From the NCBI GenBank assembly GCA_903821465.1, contig CAIJLK010000298.1, positions 2,523-66,522 of the forward strand: a stretch of 64,000 bases of DNA, in the 5' to 3' direction. This stretch comes from an uncultured Bacteroidota bacterium (lineage in GTDB: Bacteria; Bacteroidota; Bacteroidia; Chitinophagales; Chitinophagaceae). A program made the position numbers and the translations under genes. A model generated the notes under the pieces. That model did no database searches, was not told the origin of the DNA, and saw nothing but the letters and a program-made list of their open reading frames with translations. Of this stretch, positions 1 to 7,891 are shown in pieces; within the stretch, counting starts at the first letter, position 1; each line of letters opens with the position of its first letter.

Positions 1-396
1 CCTTCTGGTTATCATCGCGATCTGCAATTATTGAAAGAACATTTGTTCCCTGCTTTTCAGACATTGAAAGATTGCTTATTGATGGCTCAATTGATGCTCG
101 AAAATATTAGCGTCAAGAAAAACATCATGCAGCATGAAAAATATAAATACGCATTTAGTGTTGAAGCAGTGAATAAATTGGTTTTAGAAGGATTGCCATT
201 TAGAGATGCGTATAAAAAAGTAGGACTCATTATCGAATCAGGCGATTTTGAAATAAGCAGCGATATAGACCATGTTCATGAAGGAAGTATTGGAAATCTT
301 TGCAACGATCAGATTCAGCAGATGATGCAGACAGTTCTCGCAAAATTTGAATTTGAAAAAGTAAATAAAGCCATCGAAAAATTAATTAAAGCATAG
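1..396 (+). CDS. argH: argininosuccinate lyase, C-terminal part (5' truncated by window)
   Basis: Frame is open from base 1: PSGYHRDLQLLKE... and G.PFRDAY..VG are ArgH C-terminal motifs. Confidence 0.92.
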   Translation, partial: PSGYHRDLQLLKEHLFPAFQTLKDCLLMAQLMLENISVKKNIMQHEKYKYAFSVEAVNKLVLEGLPFRDAYKKVGLIIESGDFEISSDIDHVHEGSIGNLCNDQIQQMMQTVLAKFEFEKVNKAIEKLIKA

Positions 397-466
397 TATT
401 TTAACAAACCCAAATCATGGCTGCCATATAAATCCTTTATTTTAGCGGCCTAATAGAAATTAAAGT

Positions 467-1240
467 ATGAAAAGAATTATAATTGCCCTTTCGGGAATCG
501 TATTATCAACCAGTTTATTTGCTCAATTAACGGCAAAACCAACCACTGCAAAACCTGCTGCTACTAAGCCTACCACTGCAAAAGCAGCTACTGGCAAACC
601 TGCAACAGCCACTCCTGCTATTGTTTTAAAAAATAACCGCGATAGTGCCAGTTATGCATTGGGAGTAAGAATTGCACAAAATCTAAAAGAACAAAGTTTC
701 GATAAATTAGATCCCGCCATTATTCAGAAAGGGATCAATGATGTATTTAATAATAAAGTTATTGCAATGCCGGATGGCTTATTAGACCAATGCATTGGAA
801 CCTACCAACAAAAAGCATCTTTTGCTAAAGATTCTGCAAAAGCTTCTGTGGCTAGGGCAGAGGGACAAAAATTCTTAGCTGAGAATGGTAAAAGAAAGGG
901 CGTAATCACTACTAAAAGTGGATTGCAGTATGAAATCATTAAAGCTGGAACCGATACTATAAAACCAAAAATCAACGATAAAGTAAAATGTCATTACCAT
1001 GGTACATTGATTAACGGAACTGTATTTGACAGCTCTGTTGATAGAGGTGAGCCAATTAGTTTTCCTGTGGGAGGCGTTATTGCTGGATGGACAGAAGCCT
1101 TGCAATTAATGACCGTTGGTAGCAAATGGAAATTATATATTCCTTCTGAATTAGCATATGGCAATCGTGCAGCAGGAGATAAGATTGTACCAGGTTCTAC
1201 CTTAATCTTTGAAGTAGAGATCTTAGCTATCGAAAAATAA
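467..1240 (+). CDS. FKBP-type peptidyl-prolyl cis-trans isomerase (FkpA/Mip-like) with signal peptide
   Basis: SGLQY, HYHGTL..G..FDSS, VIAGWTEAL, YIPSELAYG, LIFEVE motifs; FKBP_N segment SYALG; A/K/P/T-rich linker. Confidence 0.95.
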   Translation: MKRIIIALSGIVLSTSLFAQLTAKPTTAKPAATKPTTAKAATGKPATATPAIVLKNNRDSASYALGVRIAQNLKEQSFDKLDPAIIQKGINDVFNNKVIAMPDGLLDQCIGTYQQKASFAKDSAKASVARAEGQKFLAENGKRKGVITTKSGLQYEIIKAGTDTIKPKINDKVKCHYHGTLINGTVFDSSVDRGEPISFPVGGVIAGWTEALQLMTVGSKWKLYIPSELAYGNRAAGDKIVPGSTLIFEVEILAIEK

Positions 1241-1260
1241 TTTTAATAAAATAAATTTTC

Positions 1261-1307
1261 AAAGCGGTCCCCGTCCCGAGTACTCGGTATCGGGGGACCG
1301 CTTTTTT
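1261..1307 (+). terminator. Rho-independent terminator after the FKBP gene, with a nested palindrome in its loop
   Basis: aaagcggtcccc...ggggaccgcttt stem followed by a T run. Confidence 0.85.
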
Positions 1308-1312
1308 ATGCT

Positions 1313-1343
1313 CCATCATTCTAAAATGATTTTAGAATGATGG
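1313..1343. repeat. perfect 15-bp inverted repeat
   Basis: ccatcattctaaaat-g-attttagaatgatgg. Confidence 0.9.
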
Positions 1344-1397
1344 TTTTTAGTGAACTGGCAATTATTTTAGGTGCGCAATTAAGCTAACAATCCTATT

Positions 1398-1778
1398 ATG
1401 GAAGCCAGCATTAAACTTTGTATTACTTGTCGTAAGCCTATAAAAGGCAGAACCGATAAGAAGTATTGCAACGACTACTGTAGGAATAGTTACAATAATC
1501 AGGTGCACAGTAACTGTAATAACTATATCCGCCATATCAATAGCTTATTGCAAAAGAACCGACGCATATTGTCGGCTTTATTATCTGAAACTTCAACGCA
1601 GACCAAAATCGCTCATGCGCAACTAGTTGAGCGGGGATTTCTCTTCCAGTACAGTACCCACCACGTTTCGAATAAAAAGGGAAACCTCTATCATTTCTGT
1701 TATGAGTTCGGTTATTTGGCACTAAATGAAACAAGTTATTTGGTTGTTAGAAGAAAAAATCGGGAAAGTTCTCACTGA
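1398..1778 (+). CDS. conserved Bacteroidota Zn-ribbon protein (DUF2116-like)
   Basis: CxxC..IKGRTDKKYCxxxCR..YNN, L.KNRRIL, GF.F.Y.T, FCYE.GY pattern. Confidence 0.75.
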   Translation: MEASIKLCITCRKPIKGRTDKKYCNDYCRNSYNNQVHSNCNNYIRHINSLLQKNRRILSALLSETSTQTKIAHAQLVERGFLFQYSTHHVSNKKGNLYHFCYEFGYLALNETSYLVVRRKNRESSH

Positions 1779-1829
1779 ATTCTACGATGGCAGGTCTAAT
1801 CCGCTATTTTTGTTGCCAATTCTTTTGAT

Positions 1830-3113
1830 ATGATATTGGATAGGACAAAAGCCCCGGTGATACAGGATGCAGTTGATTTTGAAGTGAAGCTAAAACCTTA
1901 CGAAGGTTTTACATTAGACAACTCAACTCCTGTCTATACTATTAACGCTGGTGCTGAGGAGGTTGTGATGCTAGAATTGGTCTTTTATGCCGGGAATTGG
2001 TATGAGGATAAAAACATTGTGGCAGCCACTACCAACCATCTTTTAAAGAATGGCACAAAGAACAAATCGGCCTTTGCGATCAACGAGTTTTTTGAGTTTT
2101 ATGGCGCTTTCTTGAGTCGCAGTTGTTTTAACGAAACTGCCATTATCACATTACATTGCCTGAATAAACATTTGGCTACCCTACTTCCTGTCGTAACCGA
2201 ATTAATTACCGATGCCATTTTCCCTGAATCTGAGCTGGCTATTTATAAACAAAACCAGAAACAACGACTCTCTGTAAATCTTAAAAAATGTGATTTTATT
2301 GCCAATAGATTGATCGATGAATATATCTACGGATTCGATCATCCCTATGGGAAATACACATCAGCAAATGATTTCGACCAACTGGAGCAGAAAGACCTAG
2401 TAGCATTCTACCAACAATATTATACCCAAGGCAAATGCCTGGTATTTGTAGCTGGTAAATTACCGTCCGACCTACAAACCATGCTCAATAAGGAGTTGGG
2501 GCAACTTCCATTTAATCAGGATCATAAAATCATTAAGTCCATTCCCCAAATCAGGGCTAGCCAGAAGAAATACCGAATTACAAATGATATCGACTCTGTG
2601 CAGGCGGCTATAAGAATCGGACGCCCCTTCCCGAATCGCCATCACCCCGATTTTTCCAAAGTGCAAGTATTGAATAATTTGTTCGGAGGATTTTTCGGGT
2701 CACGCTTAATGAGCAATATCAGAGAAGACAAAGGTTATACCTATGGCATTCACAGTTTCCTCCAAAACCATATTCACGATACTGCTTGGTTGATTAGCAC
2801 AGAGGCAGGTAGAGATGTAGCAGAAGCCACAATCACAGAAATATATAAAGAAATGGCACTGCTGAGAGAAGAAATAATTGAGGCCGAAGAACTTGATCTA
2901 GTTCGTAACTATATGATAGGATCCTTGCTGGGCGACCTTGACGGGCCATTCCAAATCATTGCAAGATGGAAAAATTATATTCTAAATAACCTCGAAGCAA
3001 GCTACTTCTATAATAGCCTAGAAACCGTTCGAACAGTAACTGCAGAAGAATTACAAGAATTAGCCAAAAAATATCTTCAACCCGAAGATTTTTATGAATT
3101 ACTGGTCATCTAA
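1830..3113 (+). CDS. M16 family peptidase, non-catalytic subunit
   Basis: GG.FGSRL..NIREDKGYTYGI motif; no HxxEH (TNHLLKNG at that position). Confidence 0.88.
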   Translation: MILDRTKAPVIQDAVDFEVKLKPYEGFTLDNSTPVYTINAGAEEVVMLELVFYAGNWYEDKNIVAATTNHLLKNGTKNKSAFAINEFFEFYGAFLSRSCFNETAIITLHCLNKHLATLLPVVTELITDAIFPESELAIYKQNQKQRLSVNLKKCDFIANRLIDEYIYGFDHPYGKYTSANDFDQLEQKDLVAFYQQYYTQGKCLVFVAGKLPSDLQTMLNKELGQLPFNQDHKIIKSIPQIRASQKKYRITNDIDSVQAAIRIGRPFPNRHHPDFSKVQVLNNLFGGFFGSRLMSNIREDKGYTYGIHSFLQNHIHDTAWLISTEAGRDVAEATITEIYKEMALLREEIIEAEELDLVRNYMIGSLLGDLDGPFQIIARWKNYILNNLEASYFYNSLETVRTVTAEELQELAKKYLQPEDFYELLVI

Positions 3114-3149
3114 CCTTTTTTAGAAACTAACGATTTCACTACATTTTAT

Positions 3150-3215
3150 TGGGTATATATCATGCCACTATATGACAAACGTCATGTCGTAATGGTATAA
3201 CTGTTTTTAGCTTTA
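3150..3215 (+). promoter_or_regulatory. tandem FNR/CRP-like boxes plus -7 promoter element
   Basis: TGGGT-N4-ATCAT (3150-3163), ATGAC-N4-GTCAT (3172-3185), TAGCTTTA (3208-3215); same spacing as two cco promoters. Confidence 0.7.
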
Positions 3216-3254
3216 TGACTTCACAATTATTCGACGATTTCAAAACCAAGCAAA

Positions 3255-3689
3255 ATGAAAACGGAATATCTTATCAACGTAAAAGCTGTAGATAATAGGC
3301 TACACATTTTCCTGAACGGAAAAACTATTTGGGATAGCGGCATTATTCATGGCGACCCATTAATGGACGTAATGATCGACTTAACTAATCACCTTCTCGC
3401 ATATGAAGGAAGTACTTGCGAACTCATTTTTGAAGGATTCAATGATTCTTATGGAGAAACTTCAAATGAGGATGGATTTAATCCATGGCATTTTAATTAC
3501 CGTGTTTTCTCAAGAACAACTGATGCAAATGGTTCAGTAGTGGAAGAAAAAGACATGCTCACCCCTTACAACGAAAAACACTTATCCAATCCAAATGTTC
3601 GGGCCATCAATAATCGCTACCAGATTATGAGAAAAGACTTGGAATACAAAGTGATCTCAAATTCTTTAACACAACAATTCTATAACTAG
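3255..3689 (+). CDS. hypothetical protein upstream of ppdK
   Basis: 144-aa ORF, 43 bp before ppdK; no family recognised. Confidence 0.75.
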   Translation: MKTEYLINVKAVDNRLHIFLNGKTIWDSGIIHGDPLMDVMIDLTNHLLAYEGSTCELIFEGFNDSYGETSNEDGFNPWHFNYRVFSRTTDANGSVVEEKDMLTPYNEKHLSNPNVRAINNRYQIMRKDLEYKVISNSLTQQFYN

Positions 3690-3732
3690 TGAACCAATCG
3701 GTCACTATTTTTTTTTAAATTAAAAACATACT

Positions 3733-6489
3733 ATGGCACAAGTAAAAAAGGCCACCAAATACGTTTATGCATTTGGCGGTGGAAAGGCAGATGGAAATGA
3801 ATCCATGAAGAATTTACTGGGAGGTAAAGGTGCGAACCTAGCTGAAATGGCGGGTCATCCGAAATTAAAATTACCCGTACCTCCAGGCTTTACAATCACA
3901 ACTGATGTTTGTACTTATTATTATGGAAACAAAAAGAAATATCCGGTAGTCTTACAGGAGCAGGTAAAAAAAGCCTTAGCATCTGTTGAAAAAGAAATTG
4001 GAAAAAAATTCGGTGACGTTAATAACCCTTTGTTGGTTTCTGTACGTTCTGGTGCTAGAAAATCTATGCCAGGTATGATGGAAACTGTATTGGATATTGG
4101 TTTGAATGAAAAAACAATTGAAGGATTGATCAAACAATCTGGTGACGCAAGATTTGCTTATGATGCTTATCGTCGTTTGATCATGATGTATGCAGATGTG
4201 GTGATGGAAAAAGCCGGGGGAATAGAAGTGAAAGCCGGCAAAGGCATCCGCAAACAACTAGATGAAAAACTAGAAAAAGTAAAACATAAAAACGGATACA
4301 AATTAGATACTGATTTAACTGTTGATCAATTAAAAGCCTTGGTAAAAGACTTTAAAGAAACAGTGAAAAAAGTATTGGGCAAACCTTTCCCTGAAGATCC
4401 ATGGGAGCAATTATGGGGAAGCGTTGGTGCCGTATTTAGCAGCTGGAGCGGTAAGCGTGCAGTGGAATACAGACGTATCGAAAAAATTCCTGACGAGTGG
4501 GGAACTGCAGTAACCGTTCAGGCAATGGTATTCGGTAATATGGGCGATACAAGTGCAACAGGTGTTGCATTTACCCGTAACCCAGGTAATGGCGAAAACA
4601 AATTCTATGGCGAGTACCTTTTAAATGCACAGGGTGAAGACGTTGTTGCAGGTATTAGAACTCCAGCACCAATCAATGAATATTCAAAGAACGATCAGAG
4701 TAAACACCTTCCAACATTAGAAAAGACAATGCCGGTTGTTTACAAAGAATTGTTTGCGATCCAAAATAAATTGGAAAAGCATTATAAGGATATGCAAGAC
4801 ATCGAGTTTACGATTGAAAAAGGTAAACTCTTTATGTTGCAATGCCGTATAGGTAAACGTAATGGTTTAGCTGCAGTGAAAATTGCGAGCGATATGTTCA
4901 ACGAAAAAGTAATTGATGCAAAAACTGCGATCATGCGCGTTGGACCAAACCAATTAGTTGAATTGTTATTACCGATGCTAGATCCAAAAATTCAAGCAAT
5001 AACTAAAGCAATTGCGAAAGGTTTACCTGCTGGTCCTGGCGGAGCAAAGGGTCGTGTAGTATTTTCTTCTAATGATGCAGTTGAGTGGGCAAGCCGTGGC
5101 GAGAAAGTAATTCTTGTTCGTGAAGAAACTTCTCCAGAAGATGTAGATGGTATGCACAAATCTCAAGCGATCTTAACAACCAAAGGAGGTATGACTTCTC
5201 ATGCTGCACTAGTTGCACGTGGTTGGGGTAAATGCTGTATTGTAGGTTGTACTGATATCGAAATTCATAGCGAAACAAAATCGTTCAAAGCAAATGACGG
5301 AAGCTTTATTAAAGAAGGCGACTGGATCAGCTTGGATGGAACCAAAGGTTTAGTATATCATGGAAGTATGGCCTTAGTTGATATTGATTTAGATAAAAAC
5401 TTGGCTTACAAAAATCTGATGAAGTTGGTTGACAAGATCAAAACAATGGGCGTACGTACCAATGCTGAAACTCCTGGCGATGCAGCTCAAGGTTTGAAAT
5501 TTGGAGCAGAAGGTATTGGTTTGTTCCGCACAGAGCATATGTTCTATGGCGAAGGAAGTGATGAACCACTATTCTTATTACGCAAAATGATCGTGAGCAA
5601 AACAGAAAAAGAAAGAAGAGTAGCGTTGAACGACTTAGCGAAGTTTGTAAAGAAAGACATGAAAGCTACACTGAATACCATGAATGGATATCCAGTTACC
5701 ATTCGTTTGCTAGATCCACCATTGCACGAATTTGTTCCACACGATGTATCTAAACTAACTCAGCTGAGCAAAGAGTTGGGTATTAGTATGAGCTTATTGA
5801 AAAGAAGAGTTCTTGCATTACATGAGAATAACCCAATGCTTGGTCACCGTGGTGTTCGATTAGGAATCTCTTATCCAGAGATCACTGAAATGCAGATCAG
5901 ATCTATCTTTGAAGCAACTGCAGAATTGTTGATTGCAGGTAAAAAACCTTTCCCTGAAATCATGGTTCCTGTTACTTGTACTGTAAATGAGTTAACACAC
6001 CAGAAAGCAATTGTAGACAGAGTGTATAAGGAAGTATTGGAAAAAACCAAATTGAAAAAAATCCCTTACCTATTCGGTACCATGATTGAAATTCCTAGAG
6101 CCGCTCTAAAAGCAGAGAAAATGGCTACAGAAGCCGACTTCTTTAGTTTTGGAACGAACGATTTAACTCAAATGAGTTTCGGATTCAGCAGAGATGATAT
6201 TGGTGGATTCTTACCAAACTATCTGGATCAAAAGATCTTAGATGATGATCCATTCCAAACTATCGATCAGGAAGGTGTGGGTGAGTTGATCAAGTTCGGT
6301 ACTGAACGTGGACGCAAAACAAAACCTAATTTAAAAGTAGGTATCTGTGGCGAACACGGTGGTGATGCAGAAAGTGTTAAGTTCTGTCACCAAATAGGAA
6401 TGAACTATGTAAGCTGTTCTCCTTTCCGTGTGCCAATCGCAAGATTAGCAGCAGCACAGGCAGCTGTAAGCTTCCCTAAGAAAAAATAA
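3733..6489 (+). CDS. ppdK: pyruvate, phosphate dikinase
   Basis: LLGGKGANLAEM, SMPGMM, QGEDVVAG, GGMTSHAA (phospho-His), FSFGTNDLTQ, GICGEHGG. Confidence 0.98.
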   Translation: MAQVKKATKYVYAFGGGKADGNESMKNLLGGKGANLAEMAGHPKLKLPVPPGFTITTDVCTYYYGNKKKYPVVLQEQVKKALASVEKEIGKKFGDVNNPLLVSVRSGARKSMPGMMETVLDIGLNEKTIEGLIKQSGDARFAYDAYRRLIMMYADVVMEKAGGIEVKAGKGIRKQLDEKLEKVKHKNGYKLDTDLTVDQLKALVKDFKETVKKVLGKPFPEDPWEQLWGSVGAVFSSWSGKRAVEYRRIEKIPDEWGTAVTVQAMVFGNMGDTSATGVAFTRNPGNGENKFYGEYLLNAQGEDVVAGIRTPAPINEYSKNDQSKHLPTLEKTMPVVYKELFAIQNKLEKHYKDMQDIEFTIEKGKLFMLQCRIGKRNGLAAVKIASDMFNEKVIDAKTAIMRVGPNQLVELLLPMLDPKIQAITKAIAKGLPAGPGGAKGRVVFSSNDAVEWASRGEKVILVREETSPEDVDGMHKSQAILTTKGGMTSHAALVARGWGKCCIVGCTDIEIHSETKSFKANDGSFIKEGDWISLDGTKGLVYHGSMALVDIDLDKNLAYKNLMKLVDKIKTMGVRTNAETPGDAAQGLKFGAEGIGLFRTEHMFYGEGSDEPLFLLRKMIVSKTEKERRVALNDLAKFVKKDMKATLNTMNGYPVTIRLLDPPLHEFVPHDVSKLTQLSKELGISMSLLKRRVLALHENNPMLGHRGVRLGISYPEITEMQIRSIFEATAELLIAGKKPFPEIMVPVTCTVNELTHQKAIVDRVYKEVLEKTKLKKIPYLFGTMIEIPRAALKAEKMATEADFFSFGTNDLTQMSFGFSRDDIGGFLPNYLDQKILDDDPFQTIDQEGVGELIKFGTERGRKTKPNLKVGICGEHGGDAESVKFCHQIGMNYVSCSPFRVPIARLAAAQAAVSFPKKK

Positions 6490-6504
6490 ATGATCCCCGT
6501 TTAT

Positions 6505-6534
6505 AAAGCCTTCCGCAAAACGGAAGGCTTTTTT
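6505..6534 (+). terminator. Rho-independent terminator after ppdK
   Basis: aaagccttccg-caaaa-cggaaggcttt plus T run. Confidence 0.9.
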
Positions 6535-6586
6535 GTTTGCTTTTGGCTAACAGAATTTATCACTAACTTTCCTTAAAATTATAGCC

Positions 6587-6946
6587 ATGTTACGTTTCAT
6601 CGCAAAGACATTGATTACTGCAGTAGCCGTATTAGTAGCAGCTTATGTCTTAGATGGCGTACACGTAAAAGATAGCATGACAGCTGTATTGGTTGCTGCA
6701 GTACTTGGCTTACTCAATAGTTTTGTAAAGCCGATCCTAGTAATTATCACGATCCCCATCACCATATTTACATTAGGCCTATTCCTATTAGTGATCAACG
6801 TGCTCATAGTAAAATGGGTATCTGACATTGTTCCCGGATTTAGAGTAGATGGATGGGTATATGCGCTATTATTCAGTTTCGTAGTTTCTATAGCTACTTA
6901 TCTCATGGAAAGCCTGATCGGTACAAGCAAGACAACCCGGTCTTAA
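6587..6946 (+). CDS. 4-TM membrane protein (YvlD / phage holin 4 family)
   Basis: LN.FVKPIL..IT.PITIFTLGLF.LVIN...VPGF motif. Confidence 0.88.
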   Translation: MLRFIAKTLITAVAVLVAAYVLDGVHVKDSMTAVLVAAVLGLLNSFVKPILVIITIPITIFTLGLFLLVINVLIVKWVSDIVPGFRVDGWVYALLFSFVVSIATYLMESLIGTSKTTRS

Positions 6947-7096
6947 ATTCCCTCACTTTTCACTTCTTCCCGGTTCCATCCATCACAAAATATTTCCATT
7001 CATCAATTTCAAATAATTTTGAAAATTAGTAAATAGCTCATTTTCAACTACTTATCTATAGCCCATTACTTCCCCTTGCCCATTACTTGAAAAAAC

Positions 7097-7123
7097 TTGG
7101 TACTATGTGTTGCATAGTACCAA
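7097..7123. promoter_or_regulatory. probable PadR operator
   Basis: perfect inverted repeat ttggtactatg-N5-catagtaccaa just upstream of the -7-like CATCTTTG (7133-7140) of the padR-pspC operon. Confidence 0.7.
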
Positions 7124-7160
7124 ATAAAGTTGCATCTTTGTGTAGTCAATGAGCAAATAA

Positions 7161-7188
7161 GTCAAAAGGCAAAATTCAAAATTCAAAA
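7161..7188 (+). repeat. 4 x heptamer NNCAAAA
   Basis: gtcaaaa ggcaaaa ttcaaaa ttcaaaa. Confidence 0.6.
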
Positions 7189-7206
7189 TACTTTAAAATA
7201 ACAGTC

Positions 7207-7395
7207 ATGAAAACGCAAAACAAAAACACCGCAGTAAACATTGAAAAAACAGTAATTGAATCAATGTATCAAGAAACAAAAGAAACAATCGCTACCAACA
7301 TGACTACTGCTAACAACAAATCATTCAGCAGCGCAGAACTCTGGAACATCCAACGCAATATGCGCACTAGAACTGGTAGAAGATATTTTATCTAA
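7207..7395 (+). CDS. small hypothetical protein (62 aa) leading the padR operon
   Basis: ATG after an A-rich leader; C-terminal FSSAELWNIQR; lies between the promoter and padR. Confidence 0.65.
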   Translation: MKTQNKNTAVNIEKTVIESMYQETKETIATNMTTANNKSFSSAELWNIQRNMRTRTGRRYFI

Positions 7396-7504
7396 ACTAT
7401 GGGGCCGCATCAAATAAGTGATGACGCCTGAACAAGAAACTTTGAGCAGTATTCATAACAAGGTAACCCCAAAAGAATCGGGGCCAACCACAAAAACTCC
7501 GGCT

Positions 7505-7873
7505 ATGGACATTCAGAACACACAAAGTCAGATGCGAAAGGGCGTATTGGAGTTTTGCATTTTATCCATTATCCGCCAGGGGGAAGTTTATCCCAGTGAC
7601 CTGGTAGATCGCATGAGATCAGCTAACCTTCACATTTTGGAAGGCACACTCTATCCTTTGCTTACGAGATTAAAAAATGCGGGACTACTTACTTACCGTT
7701 GGGTAGAAAGCAATAGCGGACCGCCACGCAAATATTTTGTCATGACCGACCTCGGTCTTGAATTCTACGGGGAACTGGAAAGAACCTGGAAGGAACTGGC
7801 AGATGCAGTGCATGCACTCACTCAGCCAGCAGCCGAACAACCATCCACCGAAGAAAACCAACCCCAACCTTAA
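7505..7873 (+). CDS. PadR family transcriptional regulator
   Basis: QMRKGVLEFCIL, EGTLYPLLTRLK, GPPRKYF; ATG at 7505 (MDIQNT) preferred over GTG 7418. Confidence 0.93.
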   Translation: MDIQNTQSQMRKGVLEFCILSIIRQGEVYPSDLVDRMRSANLHILEGTLYPLLTRLKNAGLLTYRWVESNSGPPRKYFVMTDLGLEFYGELERTWKELADAVHALTQPAAEQPSTEENQPQP

Positions 7874-7891
7874 CCACAAAATAAAAGAGAC

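Noticed and set aside
530-620. AKPTT/AKPAA repeats in the FKBP
   Set aside because: Ordinary low-complexity linker after the signal peptide
6587-6946. Holin-family gene as a prophage marker
   Set aside because: YvlD-like host gene; no phage genes nearby
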